The translations under genes and the position numbers were made by a program. 57,048 nucleotides of DNA, taken from positions 1 to 57,048 of the IMG/VR virus record IMGVR_UViG_3300046820_001085, one strand, 5' to 3'. Numbering within the stretch: position 1 is the first letter of the stretch; every line of letters starts with the position of its first letter. Of the stretch, positions 1-9,200 are shown one piece after another. Under the pieces are notes generated by a model. It did no database searches, was not told the DNA's origin, and saw only the letters and a list, made by a program, of their open reading frames with translations. The DNA comes from a virus (taxonomy: Duplodnaviria > Caudoviricetes).

Positions 1-143
1 GACCAAGTGATGCTGACTTAGATCTAAGCGGTGCTTTAGATTTAGGACCAGCAGAAGGTGAAGGAGCCGAAGGTGCACCAGAAGTAGGCGCACCGGGAGC
101 CGCAACACCAGCGGCCGCTGGCGGCGCCGCACCAGCGGCATAA
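1..143 (+). CDS. Partial CDS, low-complexity Gly/Ala/Pro/acidic C-terminus, probably of the portal protein (gp20-like)
   Basis: Frame 3 is open from base 3 to TAA at 141-143 (PSDADLDLSGALDLGPAEGEG...APAA). It lies directly before the core/protease/scaffold/capsid genes, where T4-like phages place the portal. Confidence 0.5.
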   Translation, partial: PSDADLDLSGALDLGPAEGEGAEGAPEVGAPGAATPAAAGGAAPAA

Positions 144-156
144 ACTAAGATATCGG

Positions 157-162
157 TAAATA
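157..162 (+). promoter_or_regulatory. Late promoter box TAAATA, 5 nt before the ATG at 168
   Basis: Resembles the T4 late promoter TATAAATA. The motif recurs before structural genes across the window. Confidence 0.6.
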
Positions 163-167
163 GTGTT

Positions 168-374
168 ATGAGATTTAATGACTTAACTTTATTACAGAAT
201 GAAATCGAAGAGGAAGTAGACCCAGATGTTGCTTTCTTCGGTGACCTACGCAGAAAACGTCTAAGTCTAGAACATGTAAACAAATTAAGAAAGCTTAAAG
301 ATTTACGTGACTACGAGTCCAAACAGCGATTAAAACTTGTCAAACAGATGTACGCTAGGCCGCCAGCGGTTTAA
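168..374 (+). CDS. Small basic head-module protein
   Basis: 68-aa ORF between the putative portal and core genes, starting MRFNDL and preceded by a late promoter box. Confidence 0.7.
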   Translation: MRFNDLTLLQNEIEEEVDPDVAFFGDLRRKRLSLEHVNKLRKLKDLRDYESKQRLKLVKQMYARPPAV

Positions 375-506
375 CTTATCTTTCCTGTGATCTAAAGAAA
401 AACTCCGTTTTTTCTGCCATTTCTCCTTCTTTTGACTACGCCTTCTGTAAGTAGTTATTGGTAAAGCACGTTAATACGTGCGCCCCTTAGCGCAAGGAGA
501 ATATAA

Positions 507-1301
507 ATGACAAAAACAGTACTAGAGCAAGCGTTGGACCATCTTCTTAACAAAGAAGAAAGCAAAGCCGCCGCATTGTTACATGATTACTATGTTGGTG
601 TCGGCCGTCAAGTCTATGAAGACATTATGGCCGACGATATCGCTTTCGAAGACGAAGCCGAAATGGCCGCCAATGCGGTTGAAGATGTCGAATCTGATTT
701 AACAGAAGAAGGCAACGATGAGTTTGCTCCAGAAATGGGCGACGAAGAAGAAGCCACAGGCGACTTAGACGCTGAAATGGGTGGTGAAGAAGCCGCTCCA
801 GTTGACGCAGATGCCGCTGATGTTGCTGACGCTATGATGGATGTTGAGTCCGCATTAGCTAAACTAAAAGCAGAATTTGAAGAAATGGTTGGTGGCGAAG
901 AAGTTGAAGCCGCTGGCGAAGAAGGTGAGATGGACGGCGAAATGCCACCAGAAGACGAAGAATCACGTATTGGTGAAGCTTTAGAACTACAAAAAGTTTC
1001 TTTAGATGCCAACACAGAAGGTAGCCCAGTAGGTTCTGGTTCCGGCGCAAACAGCGTTACAGGTGCTACAAACACAACAAGCCCAGTTGCTAAACGTAAC
1101 CCAATGATGGCCCGTCCATCTACACAGTTCGGTGGTAGCACAAGCGGTGAAGGCACAGCTAGTGGTACAACACCAGCTAAGTCTCCTAAGTCACAAGACA
1201 TGGGCGGCACAACAAAGCCAGCATTAAGTAAAGTTGCTAGACCAGGTACAGCACCAGGTCGTGAAGGCGGCTCTAGCTCAAACGTATTACCTCGAGGTTA
1301 A
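507..1301 (+). CDS. Acidic prohead core protein (gp67/gp68-like position)
   Basis: Very acidic 264 aa with an AAGGAG RBS and TAAGTA at 448-453. Directly upstream of the protease, with several (L/I)xE sites. Confidence 0.6.
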   Translation: MTKTVLEQALDHLLNKEESKAAALLHDYYVGVGRQVYEDIMADDIAFEDEAEMAANAVEDVESDLTEEGNDEFAPEMGDEEEATGDLDAEMGGEEAAPVDADAADVADAMMDVESALAKLKAEFEEMVGGEEVEAAGEEGEMDGEMPPEDEESRIGEALELQKVSLDANTEGSPVGSGSGANSVTGATNTTSPVAKRNPMMARPSTQFGGSTSGEGTASGTTPAKSPKSQDMGGTTKPALSKVARPGTAPGREGGSSSNVLPRG

Positions 1302-1304
1302 ACC

Positions 1305-1946
1305 ATGATGAACCTACAGCCACTACGTGAAAATTTAAGTTTTGATCAAGCACAAATGGTTCTTGAGACTAAAGACACAGCCAGTGGCGGTAAGGATCTC
1401 TACATGAAAGGTGTTTTCATCCAGGGAGGTGTACGTAATCACAATCAACGTGTATACCCTGTAAACGAAATCACAAACGCTGTAGAGAGCATTCGTAAAC
1501 GATTAGATAGTGGCTTCTCTGTTCTAGGAGAAGCAGACCACCCAGACGATCTACAAGTAAACATTGACCGAGTAAGTCACATGGTTACTGAGATGTGGAT
1601 GGATGGCCCTAACGGTTATGGTAAGTTAAAACTTATCCCTACCCCAATGGGAAACATTATCAAAACATTGCTTGAAAGCGGTGTTAAGTTAGGTGTCAGC
1701 AGTCGCGGATCCGGCAATGTTACTGAATCAGGTAGCGTGTCGGATTTTGAAATTGTAACAGTTGACGTTGTAGCACAACCTAGTGCTCCAGAAGCCTACC
1801 CGACACCAATTTATGAAAGAGTAATGGGCAGTCGTAGACGTGCCGCTCTAATGGATGTGGCCTATGCGGCGACCTACGATAGGTCCGCACAAAAGTACCT
1901 CGAATCTGAGGTGTCTAGATTCATATCGAATCTAAAGAAAGTCTGA
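1305..1946 (+). CDS. Prohead core protease, T4 gp21-like
   Basis: Motifs GVFIQGGVRNHNQRVY, GEADHP, RVSH, GVSSRGSG and DVVAQPSAPEAY are typical of the T4 gp21 family. Confidence 0.93.
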   Translation: MMNLQPLRENLSFDQAQMVLETKDTASGGKDLYMKGVFIQGGVRNHNQRVYPVNEITNAVESIRKRLDSGFSVLGEADHPDDLQVNIDRVSHMVTEMWMDGPNGYGKLKLIPTPMGNIIKTLLESGVKLGVSSRGSGNVTESGSVSDFEIVTVDVVAQPSAPEAYPTPIYERVMGSRRRAALMDVAYAATYDRSAQKYLESEVSRFISNLKKV

Positions 1947-1956
1947 GGAAAAAACA

Positions 1957-3063
1957 ATGAGTAAATTTACAGAAATGTTAGGCAACTCTGTTTTATCCGA
2001 AGAGGTGCGTGAGAATATCAACGCCGCTTGGGAAAAACACTTGTCTGAAAGCCGTGAGGAAGTCACAGCAGAATTACGTGAAGAATTTGCTTCACGTTAC
2101 GAACACGATAAAGGTCAGCTAATTGAAGCTATGGATAAGCTAATGCAGGATACAATCTCTGCAGGTGCTACCGACCTAAAATCATTGCGTGAAAGCGCAT
2201 TAGCACAGCGTACAAAGTATGCCGCTAAAATTAAAGAAGATACAGCATTATTACAAAAGCTAGTTTTAGAAACTCTTTCAAAAGAAGTTGCTGAACTACG
2301 TAATGATCGCGCTACATCTAAAGCCGCTATTGCTCAACTTGAAGAGTTTGCATTACGTAAACTAACAGGTGAGTTAAGCGAATTGCATGAAGACCACAAG
2401 AGCCTAGTAAACGCTCGCGTTAAACTAGTTGCTGAAGGTCGTAAAGCAATTGAAGAAGCCAAGAGTGCATTTGTTAAGAAAGCTAGCGAAAAAGTTAACA
2501 CTATTGTTGCTGAAACTTTCAAGAAAGAAATCACTCAACTTAAAACAGATATCCGTGAAGCAAAAGAAAACAACTTTGGTCGTAAGATCATGGAAGCTTT
2601 TGCCGCAGAATTTATGGCATCTAAGTTTGCAGACGGTACAGCCGTTAGCCAACTTAACAAATCAATTATCGAAATTCAAGGTCAATTAAAAGAGGCTAAC
2701 ACAAAACTAACACAAAAAGAACAACAAATTAGCGAGTCGCTTCGTCGTCAGCGCATTGCGGAAGATCAAGCACAGCGAGTTCGCGTAATGCAAGAGTTGT
2801 GTGCTCCGTTGTCAAAAGACAAACGTGGCATCATGGAAGAGTTACTAGAAAGCACAGATACGTCTAAGCTAAAAGATCAATTCCAAAAGTTCTTGCCATC
2901 AGTCCTAAACGAAGAAGTTCGTCGTGAGAAGAAACAATTAGTTGAAGGACAACAATCGCAGAAGACTGTGATTACTGGTAACAAATCTCAAGTTGAGATC
3001 GTTGCCGCCCCAGCCGAAGCTGACGAAACTATTCGTCAACTACGTAAACTCGCTGGTATTTAA
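1957..3063 (+). CDS. Prohead scaffolding protein, gp22-like
   Basis: Long Glu/Lys/Ala coiled-coil protein between the protease and capsid genes, ending in RQLRKLAGI. Confidence 0.8.
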   Translation: MSKFTEMLGNSVLSEEVRENINAAWEKHLSESREEVTAELREEFASRYEHDKGQLIEAMDKLMQDTISAGATDLKSLRESALAQRTKYAAKIKEDTALLQKLVLETLSKEVAELRNDRATSKAAIAQLEEFALRKLTGELSELHEDHKSLVNARVKLVAEGRKAIEEAKSAFVKKASEKVNTIVAETFKKEITQLKTDIREAKENNFGRKIMEAFAAEFMASKFADGTAVSQLNKSIIEIQGQLKEANTKLTQKEQQISESLRRQRIAEDQAQRVRVMQELCAPLSKDKRGIMEELLESTDTSKLKDQFQKFLPSVLNEEVRREKKQLVEGQQSQKTVITGNKSQVEIVAAPAEADETIRQLRKLAGI

Positions 3064-3083
3064 GATTAAATTAGGAGACAATT

Positions 3084-4289
3084 ATGTCACAAGCTCTATT
3101 TGAAGCTAAAAATTGGTCTGCTACTAAAGAAGCTTTAGTAGAAGGTCTAAGTGGTCAACGTAAGACTACAATGGAAGTTGTTCTAGAGAACACTAAAAAG
3201 TATTTGACAGAAACAGCTACAACTGGTGCTACTGCCAGCGGTAACGTTGCTGTTCTAAACAAGGTTATTCTACCAGTTATTCGTCGCGTTATGCCAACAA
3301 CAATCGCTAACGAATTAGTTGGTGTTCAACCAATGCAAGGTCCAGTTTCTCAGATTCACACTTTACGTGTTCGTTATGCAGAAGCTATGGCTGAGAAGAC
3401 AGGTGGTAGCGCAGGTGCCGTTATCGGTGGTGCAGTAAGTGCTAACGATGAAGCCCTAAGCCCATTCAAGATTGCTCAACAATATTCTGGTTCTGCCGCT
3501 GGTACAGGCGCCGCAACAAGCGCACTTGAAGGCGTTGGCGGCAAGAAGATGAACATCCAGATCTTGAAAGAGACTGTTGAAGCTAAGAGCCGTAAGTTAA
3601 GTGCTCGTTGGACATTTGAAGCCGCTCAAGACGCACAAGCCATCCACGGTGTTGACGTTGAAGCTGAAATCATGGCCGCTCTAGCACAAGAAATCACAGC
3701 TGAAATTGACCAAGAAGTTATTGGCTCTTTGATCAACTTAGCTGGTAGCGCATATGGTACATACGACCAAGCCGCTGTATCTGGTACAGCCAACTTCGTT
3801 GGTGACCAACACGCCGCTCTTGCAGTATTGGTAAACCGTGCCGCTAACGACATCGCTAGCCGTACACGTCGTGGTGCTGGTAACTACATTGTAGTTTCTC
3901 CAACAGCATTGACAATTCTACAATCTGCTACAACATCTGCTTTCGCTCGTACAACAGAAGGTACATTCGAAGCTCCAACAAACACAAAGTTCGTTGGTAC
4001 ATTGAACAGTTCAGTTCGTGTATACGTTAACCACTACGCAGGCGATGCGGCTCCGATCCTAATCGGTTACAAAGGTGCTAACGAAATGGATGCTCCAGCA
4101 TTCTACTGCCCATACATCCCATTGATGAGTTCTGGTGTTATCCTTGACCCAGCTACATTTGAACCAACTGTCAGCTTCATGACACGTTACGGTTATGTTG
4201 AACTAAGCAACAGCGCATCTTCTTTAGGTAACGCTGCCGACTACGTTAACACAATCGCTATCGATGCTGGTAACCTAAGCTTCATCTAA
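3084..4289 (+). CDS. Major capsid protein, T4 gp23-like
   Basis: Motifs RRVMPTTIANELVGVQPM, VEAKSRKLSARWT, ITAEIDQEVI, FYCPYIPL, FEPTVSFMTRYG. AGGAG RBS and a likely maturation site YLTE|T. Confidence 0.96.
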   Translation: MSQALFEAKNWSATKEALVEGLSGQRKTTMEVVLENTKKYLTETATTGATASGNVAVLNKVILPVIRRVMPTTIANELVGVQPMQGPVSQIHTLRVRYAEAMAEKTGGSAGAVIGGAVSANDEALSPFKIAQQYSGSAAGTGAATSALEGVGGKKMNIQILKETVEAKSRKLSARWTFEAAQDAQAIHGVDVEAEIMAALAQEITAEIDQEVIGSLINLAGSAYGTYDQAAVSGTANFVGDQHAALAVLVNRAANDIASRTRRGAGNYIVVSPTALTILQSATTSAFARTTEGTFEAPTNTKFVGTLNSSVRVYVNHYAGDAAPILIGYKGANEMDAPAFYCPYIPLMSSGVILDPATFEPTVSFMTRYGYVELSNSASSLGNAADYVNTIAIDAGNLSFI

Positions 4290-4314
4290 TCCCTAAAAAG
4301 GTTAGTAGAAACTC

Positions 4315-4340
4315 GAAAAGGGCTCTTGGGAGCCCTTTTC
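4315..4340 (+). terminator. Intrinsic terminator after the capsid gene
   Basis: GAAAAGGGCTC-TTGG-GAGCCCTTTTC hairpin. Confidence 0.85.
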
Positions 4341-4357
4341 TATTGGTTAAGTATAGT

Positions 4358-4603
4358 ATGTTTACAGATATGAAAGTTCGCTTAGATAGAGCAAAAATAT
4401 GCCAAGGATGCGAGTACTATCGTCGTAGTACTAGGCAATGTACCGAGTGTGGATGCTTGGTTAATTTTAAAGTTATGATAGCAGATACAGAATGCCCAAA
4501 AGGTAAATGGGGCAAGGTTACAGAAGGCACAGATATGTTTGCTGAAATAGCCAATCAAGCTCAAAGGATATTCTTTAATAAAGAAGCAGGACCAAAAAAC
4601 TAA
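4358..4603 (+). CDS. Small Cys-rich putative metal-binding protein (DUF6171-like pattern)
   Basis: CxxC...CxxCGC...K...CPxxKW pattern. The ATG at 4358 lies 4 nt after TAAGTA. Confidence 0.7.
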   Translation: MFTDMKVRLDRAKICQGCEYYRRSTRQCTECGCLVNFKVMIADTECPKGKWGKVTEGTDMFAEIANQAQRIFFNKEAGPKN

Positions 4604-4635
4604 GCCTCTGGTAAATAACCGTAAGGAGGCCCAAT

Positions 4636-5082
4636 ATGCCAAAATTAGATGAATTTTTAGTAGCTGATAAAGCTGGTCCAATGAGTCCAGGTGCACAGGC
4701 TAGCATTGAAGCAAAAGTAGCCAGCGGTGGCTGGTCAAGTGCAGATGAAGCCGCAAAAACAAAAGCAGTAGCTGATGCGGCCGCACAAGTAGCAGTTCAA
4801 GGTGCTACAAACACATTAGAAACAGACGATAGATTCGGCAACTTTATTAACAGCAAGTGGCGCCCAATGATGGCGTTCATATATATGATTACATGTGCAA
4901 CTGACTTTGTTATATTCCCTGTATTATGGAGTGTATTACAAGCAGTTCAAGGTGGACAAGTTACGAGTCAATGGAGTCCACTAACATTGCAAGGCGCAGG
5001 TTTATACCACATTGCAATGGGTGCTGTTCTTGGTTTGGCTGCTTACGGACGTAGTCAAGAGAAAATTGCTGGTAAGTCATAA
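4636..5082 (+). CDS. Putative holin (GTA-type 3-TM holin-like)
   Basis: WRP motif followed by hydrophobic segments and the C-terminus LGLAAYGRSQEK. Strong AAGGAGG RBS. Confidence 0.65.
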   Translation: MPKLDEFLVADKAGPMSPGAQASIEAKVASGGWSSADEAAKTKAVADAAAQVAVQGATNTLETDDRFGNFINSKWRPMMAFIYMITCATDFVIFPVLWSVLQAVQGGQVTSQWSPLTLQGAGLYHIAMGAVLGLAAYGRSQEKIAGKS

Positions 5083-6194
5083 TGTCAATCAACACGAATC
5101 ACTCGCAGGAATCACTTACACCAGATTCTGGTGTCCTTACAATTAAAGGTACAGGTGCCTTAAAACTTCCTGCAGGTGGTTCGTCAGATCGTCCGTCAAT
5201 AAATGTTGGCGGCTACATCAGATTTGCTACAAACAATACAACCACAGAATATTTTGATGGTGCCAATTGGCAAACACTTACGTCTAAAGAATATGTTGAC
5301 AATGAACTCAACAATATTACATTAGACAAATTAGTTGATGTACAAAGTGCTACACCAACTGATGGACAGGTTATCTCTTATGATGCTAATCTTGGACAAT
5401 TTAGAACACAAACACAAGCATTAACTGTTATAACAAGATTGTTTTCAGGTACAGGTACAGCATTTGATTTTGATATCATTACAAGTGTTGGAAGTGTACA
5501 AAACTTAGTAGTAAGTGTTGATGGTATTCAACAAGAGCCGTTTTACAGCTATACATTAGTTGATGGCCACATTGTTAACTTTGACGAAGCACCAGAAGCT
5601 GGCGCACGTATTCAAGTTAAAATTTTAAAGAGTACTACTTCAACAGATAGAGCAAGACCTAGAGTTACTGGCGTAAGCTATAGCACTATTGGTCCTTACA
5701 CAACAATTTCTATTGTAGCAACAGACATTACATATGGCACTGGTGCTAGAATTGGTAATCAAGAAATCACACGCATTGATTACCCAACAGTTTCTACTAT
5801 GCAACTCATGGTAGAGACAAGTCGGGTCAGTGGTTCCTTATGGAATACTCCACAAGACTTGACACTGGTAGATACCAGCGGAAATGAATTTGTATTTCCG
5901 AATTTAATAAACTATGGCATGTCTAAGCCTTACTGGACTAATTCAAATTCCTATATCGGAACTTTTTCAGCCGGAGACACTATTAATTTTACACTTGGAG
6001 TAAATAATGCTACAAGTATTATAATTGATCCTGCTTATGCAGGTGAATCCGCAATTGGATGGTTATCCATCAGTAATGGACATATTGTAGGAACTGCTCC
6101 TAATAACAGCACTCCTAGTCGATATCAAATTACTGTCACTGCTAGCAACGGAAGCGTTAATATAACGAACAACTTCTGGTTACTAGTTATTTGA
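5082..6194 (+). CDS. Virion structural protein (fibre/baseplate-associated, C-terminal Ig-like domain)
   Basis: Beta-rich, with LxDV and VSVDGIQQEP modules shared with the next gene and a WLSIS...GTAP...ITVTASNG Ig-like ending. Confidence 0.6.
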   Translation: MSINTNHSQESLTPDSGVLTIKGTGALKLPAGGSSDRPSINVGGYIRFATNNTTTEYFDGANWQTLTSKEYVDNELNNITLDKLVDVQSATPTDGQVISYDANLGQFRTQTQALTVITRLFSGTGTAFDFDIITSVGSVQNLVVSVDGIQQEPFYSYTLVDGHIVNFDEAPEAGARIQVKILKSTTSTDRARPRVTGVSYSTIGPYTTISIVATDITYGTGARIGNQEITRIDYPTVSTMQLMVETSRVSGSLWNTPQDLTLVDTSGNEFVFPNLINYGMSKPYWTNSNSYIGTFSAGDTINFTLGVNNATSIIIDPAYAGESAIGWLSISNGHIVGTAPNNSTPSRYQITVTASNGSVNITNNFWLLVI

Positions 6195-6275
6195 TTATTC
6201 TCTATGTTGGTCTGACACCATACTTAAAATGTCAACAAGACTTCACTAGAAGTCTAAACAAGGGAAAAAAATAAA

Positions 6276-9200
6276 ATGCCTTTAATTAAAGCACGGTCAA
6301 GTTCGATTATCAATGATATCGACTTGCGCGGTACCCCTACCAGCCCAACGGCTAACAAAGGTACCAACACTACTCAAATTGCTTCTACTAGTTTCGTTAC
6401 TGGTGCTGTTAGCGACTTGATTAACTCTGCTCCAGCTGTTTTAGATACACTATCTGAATTAGCAACAGCAATTAACGACGATCAAAATTTTGCAACCACA
6501 GTTGCTAATTCTATCGGAACAAAAGTTGCCAGAGCTGGCGACACATTAACTGGATTCTTAACACTTCACGCTGATCCATCGAATTTGATGCATGCCGCAA
6601 CGAAGAACTATGTTGACAGTCAAATCAACGCACAAATGATTTATAGTACAGATGATGTTCCAGAAGGTTCATTAAATCTATACTACACAGACGCTCGTGT
6701 TCGTGGTGCATGGTCTTTACAAAGCGACAACACTAGTGTACTAGATTATGATCTAGTAACTGGTGTATTGTCTTACAATCACCCACTAAGCGATGGTATC
6801 TTAGAAGGTTCAACAAACCTATACTACACTGACTCGCGTGTACGTAATGCCATTAGCTTGACATCTGATGATAACCAAATTTTTGGTTATGGCGCACAAA
6901 CAGGTGCGTTTACATTTACAACACCTAACACTGATAAAATTGTTGAAGGTTCAACAAACCTATACTTTACAACAGCTCGTGCTCGTAACAGTATTGGTAA
7001 CGGTTCAAATATTGATTATAATGCATCAACTGGTACAATCAGTACACAAGCCGCAGTTTGGAGTGTTAACACACAAACTCATGATGTAGTATTGGACACA
7101 GATGATATTAGCGAAGGTACTACTAATTTGTATTTTACAAATGGTAGAGCCACAGCCGCCATCAGCTTAATAACAGATAACAGTAACATTTTATCTTATG
7201 CTAGTGGTACAGGTGCGTTTACATTTGTAACTCCGAACACTGATGCAATCAGCGAAGGTAGCACAAACTTATATTATACAAATGCTAGAGCACGTTTAGC
7301 AATCAGCGACAACTCTAACTGGCCTAATGTAAGTTATGATAACACAACTGGTGCTATTACTGTTAATGCTCCAAGTACAGATGATGTAACTGAAGGCACA
7401 ACAAACCAATACTTCTTAAACAGCCGCGCTCGTAACGCAGTTAGTTTAACAAGTGACAATCAAAGTGTTTTAGCTTATGATCCTACAACTGGTGTATTCA
7501 CATTCAGCTTAGGTAATCAAACAACTGATGACGTAGCAGAAGGTACAACAAACTTGTACTTCACAACAGGTCGCGCTCGCGCAAGTGTTTCTGTTACTTC
7601 TAGCTGGAACCTATTAAGCTATAACAGCACAAGTGGTGAAATCACTTTAACAACTCCAGATACAGATGATGTAACTGAAGGTTCAACAAACTTATATTAC
7701 ACTAATACTCGTGCTCGTAATGCAGTAAGTGCTACTCAACCAAGTGGTGATGGTGCATTCAGTTACGACAACACAACTGGTGTATTCACATATACAGGTC
7801 CAGATGATGCTGACTACCGTCAAGCAGTTAGTGCATATCGTGCTAGCGGTGATGGCAACTTATCATATGATAGCATGACTGGTGTATTCACATACACAGG
7901 TCCAAGTTCTGCAGAAGTTCGCGCACACTTCAGTGCTACAACAAGTGGTACTGGTTATGGTGGCTTGACATATGATAGCGTAACTGGTGCATTTACATAC
8001 GCTAAAGTAACATCAAGTGATATTCGCGGTGAATTAAGTGCTACAACAAGTGGTACTGGTTATGGTGGCTTGACATATGATAGCGTAACCGGTGTAGCTA
8101 CATTTGCTAAAGTTACAGCCGCAAACATTCGCGGTGAACTAAGTGCTACAAGTGCAAGTGGTGTTACATATAACAGCACTACTGGTGTTATTAACTTAGC
8201 AAGTATTCCTAACAGCAGTTTGACAAACAGTGAAGTTACTGTTAACGGTCATGCTATTGCACTAGGTGCTAGCTATACATTAGACACAGACGATATTGGC
8301 GAAGGTGCTACAAACAAGTATTGGACACAAGCACGTTTTAATACAGCCTTAGCTGGTAAAACAACTGATGATCTAGCAGAAGGTGCAAACCTATACTATA
8401 CACAGGCTCGTTTCAATAGCGCATTTGCCGCTAAAGATACAAGTGGTTTAGCTGAAGATCCAAGTGCAACAGGTACAAGCGGTACGCAGTATTTTACAAC
8501 AGCTCGTGCTCGTAATACGCTAAGTGGTGGTACAGGTGTTACATATACAGCTGGTACTGGTGTTATTGAAATTGGTCAACCAGTTGCTACAACTGACAAC
8601 GTTACATTCAACGATGTAACAGTTAGCGGTGACTTAACAGTATTGGGTACATTAACATCTATTCAATCTAACACAGTTGAAATCAATGACTTGAACCTAA
8701 CATTAGCAAAAGGTAGTGCAAATGCCGCCCAAGCTAACGGCGCTGGTTTAACTATTGATGGTGCCGGTGCTACAATCACTTATGCAAGTGGTACTGACAG
8801 CTGGAACTTCAACAAAGACGTTAGCATTACTGGTGGTTTAAGTTTAACAACTACATTGACAGCTCCTAGCTTTGTTGGTGACTTAACTGGTAATGTAACA
8901 GGTAATGTAACTGGTAACTTAACTGGCAATGTTACAGGTAATGTAACTGGTGATATCACAAGTACAGGTACAAGTTCATTCTCTACAGTTGACATCAATG
9001 GTGGTAATATTGATGGTACAGTAATTGGTGGCGCAACAGCGGCAGCTATTACAGGTACTACAATTACTGCTAACACTGGCTTCAGTGGAAACTTAACTGG
9101 TAATGTAACAGGTAATGTTACAGGTAACGTAACTGGTAACGTAACTGGTAATTTAACTGGTAACGTAACAGGCCAAGTCAGTGATGTGAGTAATCACACA

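Noticed and set aside
8878-9170. Short regular repeats (also 36142-36245 and 29823-29867) as a CRISPR array
   Set aside because: They are in-frame coding repeats with codon-position variation and no unique spacers, and no cas genes are present.
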